In this document: positions 8,548-21,800 of the stretch, piece after piece
How positions within the stretch are numbered: the stretch's first letter is position 1
How the letters are laid out: each line of letters starts with the position of its first letter
NCBI GenBank assembly: GCA_904063045.1
Contig: CAJFCJ010000088.1
Coordinates: 1 to 45,496 of the forward strand
Direction: 5' to 3'
Length of the DNA: 45,496 bases
Source: Dimorphilus gyrociliatus
Taxonomy: Eukaryota > Animalia > Annelida
Program-made: the position numbers and the translations under genes
The notes under the pieces: generated by a model
Databases searched by the model: none
Seen by the model: only the letters and a program-made list of their open reading frames with translations
Told to the model about the DNA's origin: nothing

Positions 8548-11500
8548 ATGGCAGAAGGAGGAAATGGAAACGCCACTGGGGCAGTTACAGACTCTAACCC
8601 TTCAACCCCAGCAACTCCAACAATTACAATTCAGCCAGCAGGAATGTCAGAAAGGCAACAAAGACTAATTGAAGACTATGATAGATTGGTGAGTGAAATG
8701 AAAAGAAATCGAATCACAATTCCAACAGATCATGGAGATGGAACACATCACCCAGCACAGAACCCAAATGTTGATATCACAACAGTAATTCAAGCATTAA
8801 GGGCTGCTTGGGACCGCCCTCAAAGAACTATTCTCAAGTTGTATGATGGAAGCAAGGAGTGTTCAAAATTCAAAGAAGACTTTAATCAGGCATGTTATGC
8901 TTATGGTTGGATAGGAGAAGATGTTGTGAAAGCAAATCTTTTAGATTATTTAACTGGTCCTGCAAAGGATTTGGTGTTGGCTCTGGATGGAGAGCCTACT
9001 GTGGAGGAAATATGGAAAGCCCTCCATGACGAATTTGATCTAGATCCTTTGGAGTATCAGGAGAAATTGCTTAACTTAAAGCAAATGAATGGCGAAAGTG
9101 TGGTTCAGTTTGTTAATAGAGCAAAGAAATTGATAAAGAGGTTTTCTCCACCTAGACCAATGGAACCACAATTGCTTGCAACTATGAAAGAAATAAAACT
9201 GATGGAAGTTTTACAAAGAGGATTACAACAGGATATTCTACATTTAGTGTACACCTTACATCCTAAATGTCAAACATTGGCAGAACTATATGAGGCTGCT
9301 AAGCAAGCAGAAACTTCATTAAAACTAACTCAAAGAAAACTGATCACAATGGTGTCAAAATTGGAAACTCAACAAAGAAAAGAGACCAAAAAGACCCAGG
9401 TAATCAGAAAAGATGCTTCTACAGAAACCCCAAATTTCTGGAATAGAAAGCATGTACCTGACAACAAAAATGCTACTAAAGAAAAGTTTTCAAGCCAAAA
9501 AGTCCAAAAGTATGCACCAACTACAACAAATAGGTATTATAAGAAAAATCAACCAGCAAAGACGATACTGAAAGAGGAACCTAAGCTACAAAAATTAGAA
9601 ACATTAGACAATGAAAGCATGTCAGAAAACGACGAAGTTCAAGATATTCTCTGTTTTTCAGATAGTGACGAATCCACTTGTCAGCTGTTACAAAGCAAAC
9701 AATCTGAGCGAAATGCTTCAACATTTATTGGACAATTTGAAACTAATACTGGTTTTAAGTTTGATGCCTTGATAGACTCTGGTAGTGACAGATCTTTCAT
9801 TTCAAAAAAGGTATTAAGACAAGTTCAAGGAAAAGCATCCTTCCCAGAACAAACTGTGAAAAATGCTAGAGATGCTTCAGGAAATAGCATCGAGATATGT
9901 GGAGAAATCATTCTCAGACTTTATTTTAATGAAAAGATTATTAAACAACGCTTTCTGATCAACAAAATCATTACACAACAATGTATTATTGGGTGTGACT
10001 TTCTACAACAAAATGGAGCTACCCTTGACTTTGGCAAGAGACAGATTATACTCCAGCCAGGTACAGAAAAGAATTACCCTGTTGGAACACAACACTTATC
10101 TTTCAAAGGGTTTTACCCAGTTCCTCTTATTATGAAAAAGAATGAGAGTCAAATACATACCCTTCAGACAACAATTGAACAAGAAAATCCCGAGATGAAG
10201 AACAAAGTTACCCAAATTCTGGCAAAATATAAAGAAACTATTGCAGAAGACAGATTTGATATTGGCAATCCAGAGGTACCACCCTTGGAAATAACTCTTG
10301 AACCAGGTTCAACACCATATAGACAAAGGCCATATAGAATGCCTCCTCAAAAACAAGAAGAATGTAAGCAACAGATAGCTGAATTGGTAAAAAGCAAAGT
10401 TATTCAACCAAGCAAGAGCAATTGGGCTTCACCAATTGTTTTCGTAAGAAAGAAGGAAGGTAGTCTACGAATGTGTGTAGATTATAGAAAACTAAACAAA
10501 ATGACAGTTAAAAACAAGTATCCACTGCCAAATCAAGATGATCTTTTTGACCATTTGGGAGGAGGAAATAAATTCTTTTCTACAATGGATTTGACAAGTG
10601 CATACCATCACATTAACATCAAGAAAGAAGATAGGTCTAAAACAGCATTTATTACACCTTTTGGCTTGTTTGAATTTATTAAGATGCCTTTTGGATTAAC
10701 CAATGCCCTCCTCATTTTAGTTATGTAATGAATTCATTTGTGCTAAAGGATGTAAAGCATTTGTGCCTAAACTACCTTGATGACATAATAATATTTACCA
10801 AGTCGCTGGACCAACATTGGGAAGCATTGGAGACCATTCTTCAACAGATTCAAAAGTACAATTTTAAGATTAAACTAAGTAAATGTGTGTTTTTGAAAGA
10901 ACAAGTTCAATTCTTGGGACACATTGTATCAGAAAAGGGGATTGAAACAGATAGTCCAAGACAGATAAATTATATAATTTACAGCCACCAGTGTTTGCAA
11001 ATTCACTACTAAGCTTTGTTGCATTTTGTGGCTATTACAGAAATTTATACAAGATTTTGCAAGAGTAGCTAAACCTCTGTATATGTTAATGAAACTACAT
11101 GGGAAAAAGGATAAATTGCAATGGACTGAGGAAGCCAAGCAATCATTTTTCAAGTTGAGAGATGCAGTAGTTAACCCTCCTGTATTACAACTACCTGATT
11201 TTGCTAAAGATTTTCAACTTAACAACAGATGCATCGAATGTAGCTGTAGGAGGAGTTCTTGAACAAGTTTATGTAGATGAAATGGGAAGAAAACAATGAA
11301 ACCCATTGCCTACGCTTCAAAACAATTCAACAATAATCAAATGAAATATGCAGCCTATCAAAAGGAAGCATTTGGGTTTACTGGGTTGTAAAGAAATTTT
11401 TACATTACCTTCCAAGACAAGCCATTCTTTTTATATACTGACCATCAGAGTCTAGTACAAACATTTAAGCAAAACAAATTGAATGTCAGCACAGCAAAAT

Positions 11501-13060
11501 GGGTCATGGCTTTAATGGATTTAAAATTTACAATTAACTATGTGACAGGACGAAAAAATAGAGCAGATGCATTAACAAGATTAGAAGATATACACCCCCA
11601 AGGAAAGTAACATTTGAAGAGCTAATTCATGGAAAGATCAAAAAGGAGAATTCTCCCTCTATTTCAGTTAAAATGGAAACAGTATGAACATACACCAGAG
11701 TTAACTTTTGTAGCTACCAGTGATAACAGTGAAGAAAATTGATTTGTCTTCTGTTGACTTACAGTCAGAGCAAGAAAAAGATGTGAATTTAAAATCAATT
11801 AAAGAATATTTAACATTGGATGGTCAGCTACCTATTCCTTATTTTGGAACTTTTACACCTTTCATAATGGAGATGTTTGTTCACAAGGAAATGATCTGGA
11901 TTATCCTTGAAGAAAGAAACATTCTGGTTTTACCTGACCATTTGATGCTAACTCTGCTCCCTAAATTCCATAAAAATAAAATTCACAATCACCATGGACC
12001 CAGAATGACATTACAAATAATTACAAAGACCTTTTGGCACCCAAAATTAAAGATTATGATGAGAATTCAATAAAGGATTGCACTTTGTGTGAACAAATGA
12101 ATGGTAGGAGTAGAGTATACCCTTTGGTAGAAACCTTTCACCCTGCATCACCAATGGAGTTGGTAGCCATGGATATAATGGGACCCTTACCCATGGTGTA
12201 AGTCATACAGATTCATACTTGTGATAGTGGATCATTTCAGTAGATACACAGTTTTATATGCACTCAAACAGCAAACCAGTAAAGAAATTGCAAACCTTCT
12301 TTTCAACAGATTTTTCCCATTTTTNATTTATATGCACTCAAACAGCAAACCAGTAAAGAAATTGCAAACCTTCTTTTCAACAGATTTTTCCCATTTTGGA
12401 ATTCCAAAACAAATGTTGACAGATCAAGGAAGAAACTTTGTTGGTAAAGCTTTTAAAGAGTTTATGAAGGTATTAGGTATTGAGAAAATCCAAACAACAG
12501 CTTATAGAAGCCAGAGCAATGGACTAGTTGAACGAAGAAATAAGAAGTGAGGAAGGAAATCAATAAATTAGTGGTGGAAGAAAATCAGCATACTGGGTTG
12601 CAAACCTACCCTTGATTCAAGCATTTTGAATCAATCACCTGTAGGAAGTACAAGACTACACCCAGGACTTCTTTTTGGCACCAGCACAAGAACACTGATG
12701 ATGTAACAATGCATACTACCTCTCCTGAACAAATGTACTATTTGTATTCAATCATCAGCAGCAATTAGTACAGTTAAGAGCTACAGCCTTCTGTAAATCC
12801 ATCATGGCAAAGAACAATATAGGGAAAGAAGAATAGAAATCTCAATTTCCAAAATATTTTGAGGTTGATGATGAAGTATTCTTAAGAAATGATGCTGCAA
12901 GATTGCAATAAAAAAATCCCTTCTTTAAAATGTTAGGCCATACCGAATAACAAAAGTCAATCATCAAAAGTGGATATATGAAATACAATGGATGATAATA
13001 CATGCAAGTTGGTACATGGTAGCAGATTAAGACTAGCCAATGAATTAATAAGTTGGAAAC
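8548..13060 (+). CDS. gag-pol: gag-pol (CA, PR, RT, RNase H, IN), interrupted by indels after about 10700
   Basis: ATG at 8548. CA/MHR-like LKQMNGESVVQF, PR LIDSGS (9775-9783), RT WASPIVFV, VDYRKLN, MPFGL, YLDD, RNase H TDAS and TDH, IN DDE. Gag and PR-RT are in one frame. Confidence 0.93.
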
Positions 13061-16000
13061 AGGGAAAGAAGCAACAACATCTTTCACCTTGTGGAGAAGG
13101 AAATAAACACCTCCAATATCTTTCTCAGGTAGAAGGAAGAAATGACTTCCAATTCCGTTTGAAGAATCAAAAAGGCCAAGAAGTCATTGCCCTGTGTGAC
13201 ACAGGAGCATTGAGATCCTTTATTACTGAAAAGAAATCAAGTTAATGGATGTTACAATTATGGATAAAGAACAATTGGCTTACCAATTATAACTTCAGCT
13301 GATGGGAAAGCTTTAAAGCAAAAAGGAAGCGTAAAGCTGAATATCCAATTTGCTGGAGAAAGTATGGAACAAGAATTTATAGTTATGGAAATCTAGACAT
13401 AGCAATAATACTTGGTTGTGATTTCCTACAAACTGTGGGAGCAAACCTCAATTTTGAAGCTAAACAGTGTTCTCTCAAATTTGATAGAAGGAAAGGGAAC
13501 TGGCTGAAAGAATAAGGCAACCTCAACTAAACAAAGTCACTATAGCCATGATGGGACAGCATGACTCTTCATCAGAAAGTTCAGATAGTGATGACTCAGA
13601 GATGGAAGTTACTAATTCTGATACTGGTTATGACACAAGCAATACTTTCAAAACAGACAGTAATTACAGTCTCAATGAACCTTCAAGCTCATCTGAAAGT
13701 GATGACACAGAAACAAATAATGAACTGGATCAAAATACAGATTCAGAGGCAAACATTATCTCTGATAGAGAAGATGAAATACCTAGTTCAGACGATGAGT
13801 CAATAATTATTGAAAGCGAAATTATTGATATAACCCATTCGGATAATGAGTCAATAATTATTGAAGGTGAAATTATTGACATAACCCATTCAGATAATGA
13901 GTCCTCATAGTGGTAGATTCATCCCAAGATGAGAAAGAAAATACAAGTGACACAGACAATGAGTCAGTCATATTTTTAGATGAGACTAAAATCATCTCTG
14001 AACAATTAGATTCCCAACAAGAAGTGGAACCACAATATATAGAGTTAGAAGATGGAATAACTATCAGAGTGGAACAACAACACAAAATTTTCAACCATTC
14101 AACTATAGCCAACACAGGAAGAGCTAACATGAAACAGATGTTGTGGCTTCCACTAGTGATGACTGTAATGGTGATCTGTGGCTGCATCCACTCAATAACA
14201 GTCCCAAAACCATCCTACCAAGGTGCCCATGTTACAAGTGCAAACATTACCTTAACATTTAAACCACCATTATACTTTTGTTCTAACCAACTACCAAGCC
14301 AGGCATTTGATCTAGCAGATGAGCCAACTTGTAATATAGAATCACAAGAAACCAAGACAATTACAGCTGATATCTATGAATTGAACTTGGAAGAAATTGA
14401 AACAAGAGCAGTAAAATGTCAAGTGTATCTAAGAACTAATTTTTACACTTACTATTTCTTTGGAGCAAAGAAGAGGAGGATTGTTAACTCAGTTATCAAA
14501 GTAACTCATGATCAATGCAGACAGATGATAAAAGACAAACGATCTTTTCAAGGAAAACCTTTAATGGTGAAAAGAAACACTTGGATCCACCAAGATCAGT
14601 TTCCTGCTGCCTACACATGGCCAACAACGACCAAGGTGCTGGAATACACCACAATTATCCAGTTTGGCAAAGCATATTGGCAACCTCCTAATATGAAAAT
14701 TACAACTAATCTGGACTACCTGGAAGATTGTTTACCAGGGCAGTCCTATTGTGAAACAGAAGAGGCAATTATTGTCTTTAGGAACCTCAAGAATAATTAC
14801 ACACTTGGGCAACAATCACCATGGATAAAAATTAGCAACAGAATTAGTTGTATCAAATTTGCTGGTCACTATTCTTGTCCAGGGTATTCTATTCTGGACA
14901 TCCCTTATCAAGATAAGTTTATTGATGGAATTGGTGGTCCTGGAACAAAAGTACTAGTACCACTGGAGGAACAGAGTTTAATACAGGAAACAAGCAAGGA
15001 ACACCTATACAATTTGCTACAATATCAGAAGATTGGCAAAAATGAAGAAAAACGACTATTAAACTATCCCAATAAAGTTAAAGAACAAATTATACTATAC
15101 AAGCGAAACAACCCCTTACCAAGTCTTAACCAATGGTACAGAGAAACAAACACAAAGTATAAACTAATGAGAAATAAAGGCACACTCAAGGAAGTTGTGA
15201 TATATCATCTACAACAACCCATTAGTCCATCTTACTGGGAGCTGGATAACTATTATATCCAAGAAATGCTGCAAGCAGTCAATTGGACAAGGGCAACAAG
15301 ACAATCTGTGACGATTTCAAAATATGTATACAGTGAGAAAAGAATCAAAAAGAAGGTATTACCAACATTGGGCATATGGTATAAAGGACCACCAGCCAGA
15401 GAATTTAAGATTACCTATGAAGGAATTTATTTTACTCTACACATGAGAATGGCTAAAAAGCAGATGAAGAAGGAAGCAAAACTGAAACATAAGATAAGTA
15501 AAAACCCATACCACAAATTCCCATTGGAAATGAGAGAAGCTGCCCAAACATCTACCTTACTACATGGTATTGATTCAAATTTTAAGAATTTAAAAAAGTT
15601 TACCCAACAGCTGTCAAGTCTTCTCTGCAATCAATTTGTTCAAAGAAGCAGAATGATGGCATTACTAGCAAATTTGGATCCTCAATTGACCACAGTGTTA
15701 ACAAATGAGTTGGGAATGCACAGTAGTCAGATGGGAGAATTAGCTATAATTAAACAATGTTCACCAATAGCCTCAACAGAAGTAGTTTGTGACTTAAGCA
15801 TGATAAAAAAGAATAACAAATGTTCTCAATTTTTACTTGTCACCATGAACAACCTGCTTTTCCAAGTAGAACCAGTTACTCATGTTTTACAGCAAGTCAA
15901 TCCTGAAGAGATTACCTATAATGAGTGTAAGTCTAACAAGTTATTCTACAAAACAACTCACAACCCATTAAATCCTATAAGAAACCAACCAATGAAAGAC

Positions 16001-16549
16001 AAAACGTATGTGTATTATTCAGAAAGAGGATGCAGATTTCACACTGTGTCTGCAAAATCCATGCAGTTACATATCCACAATCACCTTTCTGAACCAAAAA
16101 TTGAAATTGCCAGATTAGCTGATCTACTCCACCATGGGGTAAAGAAGGATATTGCATACCAGCACTCAAAAATTAAGCAAGTTATCAGTTCACTGGAACA
16201 GAAGCAGGCAAGGTATGATAACATGGTCACTGTTGCAGAGAAAAATGGCATTGTACCCAATTTATCTGGAATTAAAAAGTTTTTCCATAGTTGGTACTAT
16301 AAACCTGGGAAAACACTTTATGTTATCATACGAAATATTTGTTTGAGTATTGTAGTGTCAATGGTATGTATCATCATTTTCAACTATATTATTGGAAGAA
16401 GAAAACAAAGAGAAGAAATTGCTACCCCAAGTGAGAGCACAGATAACTCTCCTGAAAACCCAAAACTAATGAAACAAAGTTGTAGCTTTAGTCAACATCA
16501 AACTAATGAAGAAGAACAACCACCTGTAATTCTCATTAAATCAAGATGA
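13061..16549 (+). CDS. env: PR2, acidic spacer and env of copy 2 (indels in the PR2/spacer part; env intact)
   Basis: ORF 13910-16549 matches the copy 1 protein over its C-terminal 878 aa. DTG motif near 13198. Confidence 0.88.
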
Positions 16550-16565
16550 AGGGACTCATCTTCAC

Positions 16566-16579
16566 AAAGAAGGGGGAAG
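16566..16579 (+). promoter_or_regulatory. Polypurine tract (copy 2)
   Basis: AAAGAAGGGGGAAG before the 3' LTR. Confidence 0.9.
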
Positions 16580-16580
16580 T

Positions 16581-17215
16581 TGTACAACTTTGGTTATATT
16601 TTACATGCTTGAACTCTATTATTTTATGCAACATATACATGTACATCTTAAAACCTACGCAAGAAAATGCTATAACATTGGCCAAACATAAGTCTGATTA
16701 GTCAGCTTGAAGGTTCATCTTTAATTACCAATAAAGGTTTGGCCAAGTTATAATTTAATTAACTTGCCTAGGGTGTGGCCAAGTTATAATTCAATTAACC
16801 TTCCTAAATGTTGAACCTTGTAACATCCTGTTACTAAAGATAAATATGAACTACACATTTCGGCAACTGTAAAGTGATGATTGGATGTCAGAGACAAACC
16901 TCAAAGTATATAAATCCTCATTATTCTCATTTGGCATGCAGCTTCCATCTGGACCCAAGGACCTGGGAAAATCATCTGGAAACAACCTCCACTGGAACCT
17001 TCCATCTACTCCTCAACATTGGAAGACAGTTTGGTAATTTGGCAACCTGCTATTACAAACTATCTACTCTGCTATTGAACTCTCATATTGTTACTTGCTT
17101 AAGTATTATTATTGCGAATAAACCATTTTAATTTAAACATTTGTTTAAAGGTTCGAGTAGAACCAGTATTGTTATAACTTGCAAACGCATAGATTTTGCC
17201 AGCAAGAGCAGTACA
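16581..17215 (+). repeat. 3' LTR of copy 2 (635 bp)
   Basis: By eye, differs from the 5' LTR at one site (ACCTTCC vs ACCATCC). Confidence 0.97.
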
Positions 17216-17830
17216 AGAGCTTTTTCAAATGTTTATATTACATACATCCATTATTGAATTTTTGAGGTTTTTTTATCCATTTAAATTTACTGTTTTCTGC
17301 AGTACTTCCTGGATTGTTCAATTTCAAATTACACATATTTTCATCCATATTAAAATTACAGTAGAGAAAAGACTTTGATGGTTTTATCATAAATGGAAAA
17401 TATCTTTTATAAAATGAAGAAAATATTGTTTTGCATAGATATTCATTTGTTAAATTTAATTGATTGTTTGAAAGTAGTTCTTCAACATACCAAACATCTT
17501 TTACAGTTAAATCAACAATTTTCATATTTAAATAGTCAAATTTCAAAACTGGATCAGTTAATGATTTATCTATAAATTGTTCCACATCCACAACTTTGAA
17601 ATGTTTTCCTTTATGTGGTTGACTATTGATGCTAATGAAATATTGAACAATGATACTTCCAGGAGTAAATTTGAAATTATCAATAGATTGAATTTCACTA
17701 TTCTTTTCCTCAGTCCATAATCTAAATAGATTGTAGATAAAAAACTGATATCATTCTTGTAAAGATTAAAAGTATCCAAGTGATTATTTGATAATTCGGA
17801 AGAAAATTGTTGATTAATTATCATTTCCAT
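17216..17830 (-). pseudogene. Degenerate coding fragment, possibly leucine-rich-repeat-like
   Basis: Successive ORFs broken by stops, with weak LxxLxLxxN-like spacing (LDTFNLYKNDISFL, VEELLSNNQLNL). Confidence 0.25.
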
Positions 17831-18484
17831 TGCAATGATGATAAATTTACCTAAAAAATTATGGCATTTGTAAGATAAAAAAAAACTAATGGAAAAATGT
17901 TTAGAAAATTTATTACCATTCTTTGTTTTATTCTGTTCATCTAAATTATTGTCTTGATTTTATAGTGAGCAAGGAAAGAATTTTAACCATTAATTAAAAG
18001 TAGGCCTATAAAAATGTACAGTGTCCATTCATTTGTGTAGTTTAAATTTTTGTAAAAAAAGATTAACACTATTTATAGGCCAGTCTTTTCACAGCAAACA
18101 ACTAAATGCTTATGGATAAGATTTCTGTTCAGTACAATACTCTTTTTTTCAATATTTCTTTATTTAAATATAATACATCTATTACAGTTGTATTGAAAAA
18201 TTGAATAAATATTCAATGGTTATTTTATTAGGGGAATTTACCTTTTAACCTGAGCATTATACAATTTTAAACAGATATATTAATAATTTTGTTAGAAAGT
18301 TGCTTTTAATTGGCAATTTGATCGAGTAAACCCTATTTCTTTTTAATTCATAGAAAATTTAACAAAAGCCATAAGTCATACACATTTACATTGGTAGATA
18401 AAAGTTTTCTATATACATATATGCAGTCTATAGGGGGAAAAATTCAGACTGATTAGTCACATTTTACAGACACATTCTGTTTTT

Positions 18485-19190
18485 TTAAAACAAATATTTA
18501 ATTATTGCCATTAAAATAAAAAGCATAGTGATTTCAGTAGATTGTTTAGCTGCTCCACTAGGTTCTTCATTGAATCCTTTATTGTTTCCCCCATTAGACC
18601 CTCCATTGTTTCCTCCATTGGATCCTCCATTGTTTCCGCCATTCGACCCTCCATTGTTTCCTCCATTGGATCCTCCATTGTTTCCCCCATTCGACCCACC
18701 ATTGTTTCCTCCAGTTGATCCTCCATTACTTCCAGTGTCTTTTTTACCTAAAAAAATTGTTTAAAATAAGTTATAAAGTAAGAAAAATAAATTGTTAGGT
18801 AAAATCTTACATTGAATATTCTCCAAAGTTTGTTTCATGCTACCTCTGTAAGCACCACACCTTTGTAATTTATCTTTATATTGTTTCATAAAACTGCATG
18901 ATATTATATCATTTTGTCCATTGAGCTCTGCTAATGTTCTTTGACAATCTTGAAAAAAGGGACAAACCAAAAATAAATATTATAGTTTATCTTCTAAAGA
19001 TAAAAATCAAAACAGAGATTAGAAAGACTATATACCTGTACTACATATGTCATCTTTTATTCCTTTTGCTGTATCAAAGCCAAAAACTATGCATTGACTA
19101 GTAATACTACTTAAACAATCAACAAACATATCATAATCTCGGCAATGTTTTTCAGCACTGTATAATTTATCTAGATCTTCAATATCTGAA
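18485..19190 (-). CDS. Small Cys-rich protein with a (GGNN/GGSN)n linker and GPI-anchor-like C-terminus
   Basis: Last exon 18747-18485 reads GSNGGSTGGNNGGSN...EEPSGAAKQSTEITMLFILMAIIKYLF*. A GT-AG intron joins in phase to recreate a Cys codon. One upstream acceptor looks non-canonical and the 5' end is not resolved. Confidence 0.55.
18580..18740. repeat. 24-nt coding tandem repeat (GGNNGGSN)
   Basis: Repeating CCTCCATTGTTTCC / GATCCTCCATT units. Confidence 0.9.
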
Positions 19191-21237
19191 TTGCAGGTGA
19201 GAATGTGTTAAAACATAAAGCTCATATTATTTTACTACTATAGCTAAAAACAAAACATCTACAATATCACAATCATACCAAGCCAAAATTATCTGCAATG
19301 CTTGTATAAGATATTGTTTACTCTATTTCTGAGCCTTTGGAATATTTTACTTTGAATTACAAAATTTTTCATTAAATTTTATTTTAACTTTTATCATTTC
19401 TCTCATACCATTCTGTCACTTACTTTGGGCTCTGTTTCTGTTGCTTGAGTCTGGACCAGGTGTTCACTATTACTTTACTTGTGATGTGATATCAAGTCAT
19501 GCTGACCAGCTGGCTAATAGAGATTATAAAATGTTTGATGTCAACTGACATCCTTATAAAAATAGGCCTATTATATTTGTTAGTATAATTACTACAAAAC
19601 AAAAATAACAAAATTTTCAGTAAAAGTATATATTTTATATAATAAGACAGCAAAAGTTGTATAATAATCACAAAAACTATCTTATACATGTTCCATAGGA
19701 GAGATGGAAACCATTTGTTTTTTAAAAAAGAAAGCATAAAATAGAATGATTGGAAATGCATTCATGCAAAATACATAGTATAATAAATCTTCATAATTTT
19801 CACATCCACAACTGTAATAATTTTAAAAAATCAACCTTGAATTCAATGGTTAACGATTTATTTTACTAGGGGAATTTACCTTTTAACCAGAGTATTATAC
19901 AATTTCTGACAGATATTGTACACAAATTATATTGATATTCGAAATTATTCAAATATTCAAATTTTTCTTTCATTTTAGAATTGAATATTCTTCTTCTCAT
20001 TATGGCGGGATTTTCTGACTCACCATTAAATTCTATTATACTCTTGTAATCCACATTTGAAATGTTAACCATAGAATAGACATTTCGAAAACAACAGCTT
20101 TTATTAATGTTAAACATTTTAATATAAATGGTTTGAGAATATGGATATCCTGCTAATCAGTAGGTGAATATTTTTAGGACATAAAAAAATAACAACTTAA
20201 AATCTGATGAAAAGTCAGAAATGTGATCTAATCTTCGTTTGATGTGGACGGAAAAAAAAGGGTAGAGGAGAAAATGCCCACTATAGAAATTTAATGTAGG
20301 CAAGAAATTATTTAATATATGGAGTTATTATAATAATTTGAAACAAAAACAAAAAACAAATAAGAAGAATTAGAAATATTTGAATATGAAATGGCTTGAA
20401 CAACAATCATTAAAAATTATTGGATTTAGTTGCTGCTTGTTAAATGGAGAAGAACAAATAAAATTTGGAAATCTTCTAAGATAATGTTCAAAAATAAAAA
20501 ATATTTATATTTTTCATACAATGTTTATACCAGAGATGAACTTTTGAATATTTTTAAAAAATTTGAACAAACATTAGAAAGATCAAGGCTTTGATAACTT
20601 CAATTACAATTTCTTGCCAGAGTAATGGACATCACTTTTCACAAAATAAAATAATACTTTAATTGTTGGTATAAATTGAATTTTCTTGTTTCCAATATCA
20701 CTTATTAGACTACCAGAAGCTGTTGAGACACCTCTATTTGCCCTAGATGTTTATATTGATATATTTGTTATTCAAATCATTTTTGAAAATGTGAGTATTA
20801 AAAGAGTTTTTGTTTTTTTTACATGTTCTCTAGTTGTAAAGAATTCTACTAAAATAGAAAGATTTGAATATTCATTGCCATAGTCATAATTAATTTTTTC
20901 AATTCAAATTCAATTCACACTTTATAGCAACAATGTCTAACAACAAGTGTAAAACTGCTCACAAAAGCACAAAAGTCATTTACTAAATTTACTAAAGTGT
21001 TTTCATCTGCTAGTGTTTGTAAGCTGAGATAATGGAAACAGAAAATTAACTATTGGAATTTTTTTTTTGAAATTGAGCAATATGAAGTTGTAAAGTACTA
21101 ATTTGAATTCAAAATTTGAAATTCTGAACCAAACCAAATGTGTGAGGGGTGAAATAGAAAAATTTGAACATTTTTTAAAATGTTTGGACCCATAGCTCAA
21201 TTCCTCAGCCCACATTTTTTTCAAATGACATAAAAAG

Positions 21238-21421
21238 GGGTCGACAGAAAATGTCCACAAATGAGAAATTTCAAGACTAGATTTTGGATTGAGAAATGGT
21301 TAGGCAGAAGAAACCAGCAACTGATTTGTACTTAAAAGGGTCTCCTCTAAGGGTTAGGGCTAATGGAAAAGGTTAGGGTTAGGGTAAAAGCACCAATTTA
21401 TGGACATAGTCTGTCGCATCC
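21238..21421. mobile_element. Small MITE-like element with imperfect TIRs and internal TTAGGG-like motifs
   Basis: GTCGACAGAAAATGTCCA versus TGGACATAGTCTGTCGC. Internal GGTTAGGGTTAGGG. A related segment lies at about 25690-25813. Confidence 0.45.
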
Positions 21422-21800
21422 GTGTCTAAAATCAGAGTTCAATACTGTATGCTTTTGTGAACATTTTTAACAAAATTCAAAAGAGTTAGAATATATTTTA
21501 TATAAAATTAAAACTTCTGTTGTAGACGCTTCCGTTAAATAATTTTTCAAAGTTTTTAAAATTGCAAAATTACTTAAACTGCACTTTTTTGTAGAAATTG
21601 AATAAATCATATTTTCACAATTTGCATCATTCAAACAATAATTGAAACATTGTAGAATAGTTGAATTGAATTTTGAAGAATAGATATAAATTGATTTTGG
21701 GACAATATTTTCAAATTTCAGAAGTAATTTAACTGTGTAAAATTGAATGAAAAATATTCAAGAGAATTAAGGATTTTTTCCTTCATTCATCAAAATATTT

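Larger units (their letters stand above)
7853..17215 (+). mobile_element. Ty3/Gypsy LTR retroelement with env, copy 2 (full length, about 9.4 kb)
   Basis: Two LTRs, PBS, gag-pol, PR2, env and PPT. Many small indels at 10700-13910 and an N-join at 12325. Flanks GGTAC and AGAGC do not form a TSD. Confidence 0.97.

Noticed and set aside
12253-12397. About 70-bp tandem duplication in integrase around N at 12325
   Set aside because: Duplicated sequence on both sides of a single N and absent from copies 1 and 3; typical scaffold-join artefact.
12988-13245. Copy 2 ORF apparently reading from IN into PR2
   Set aside because: Not used alone as proof of fusion, because it contains several private indels. 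Only the column-wise consensus was considered.
10700-13910. Many frameshifts suggesting copies 2 and 3 are pseudogenes
   Set aside because: Mostly 1-nt changes in homopolymers, different in each copy, with almost no substitutions. More consistent with consensus error than with decay.
21370-21385. TTAGGG repeats as an interstitial telomere
   Set aside because: Only 2-3 imperfect units embedded in a small dispersed element.
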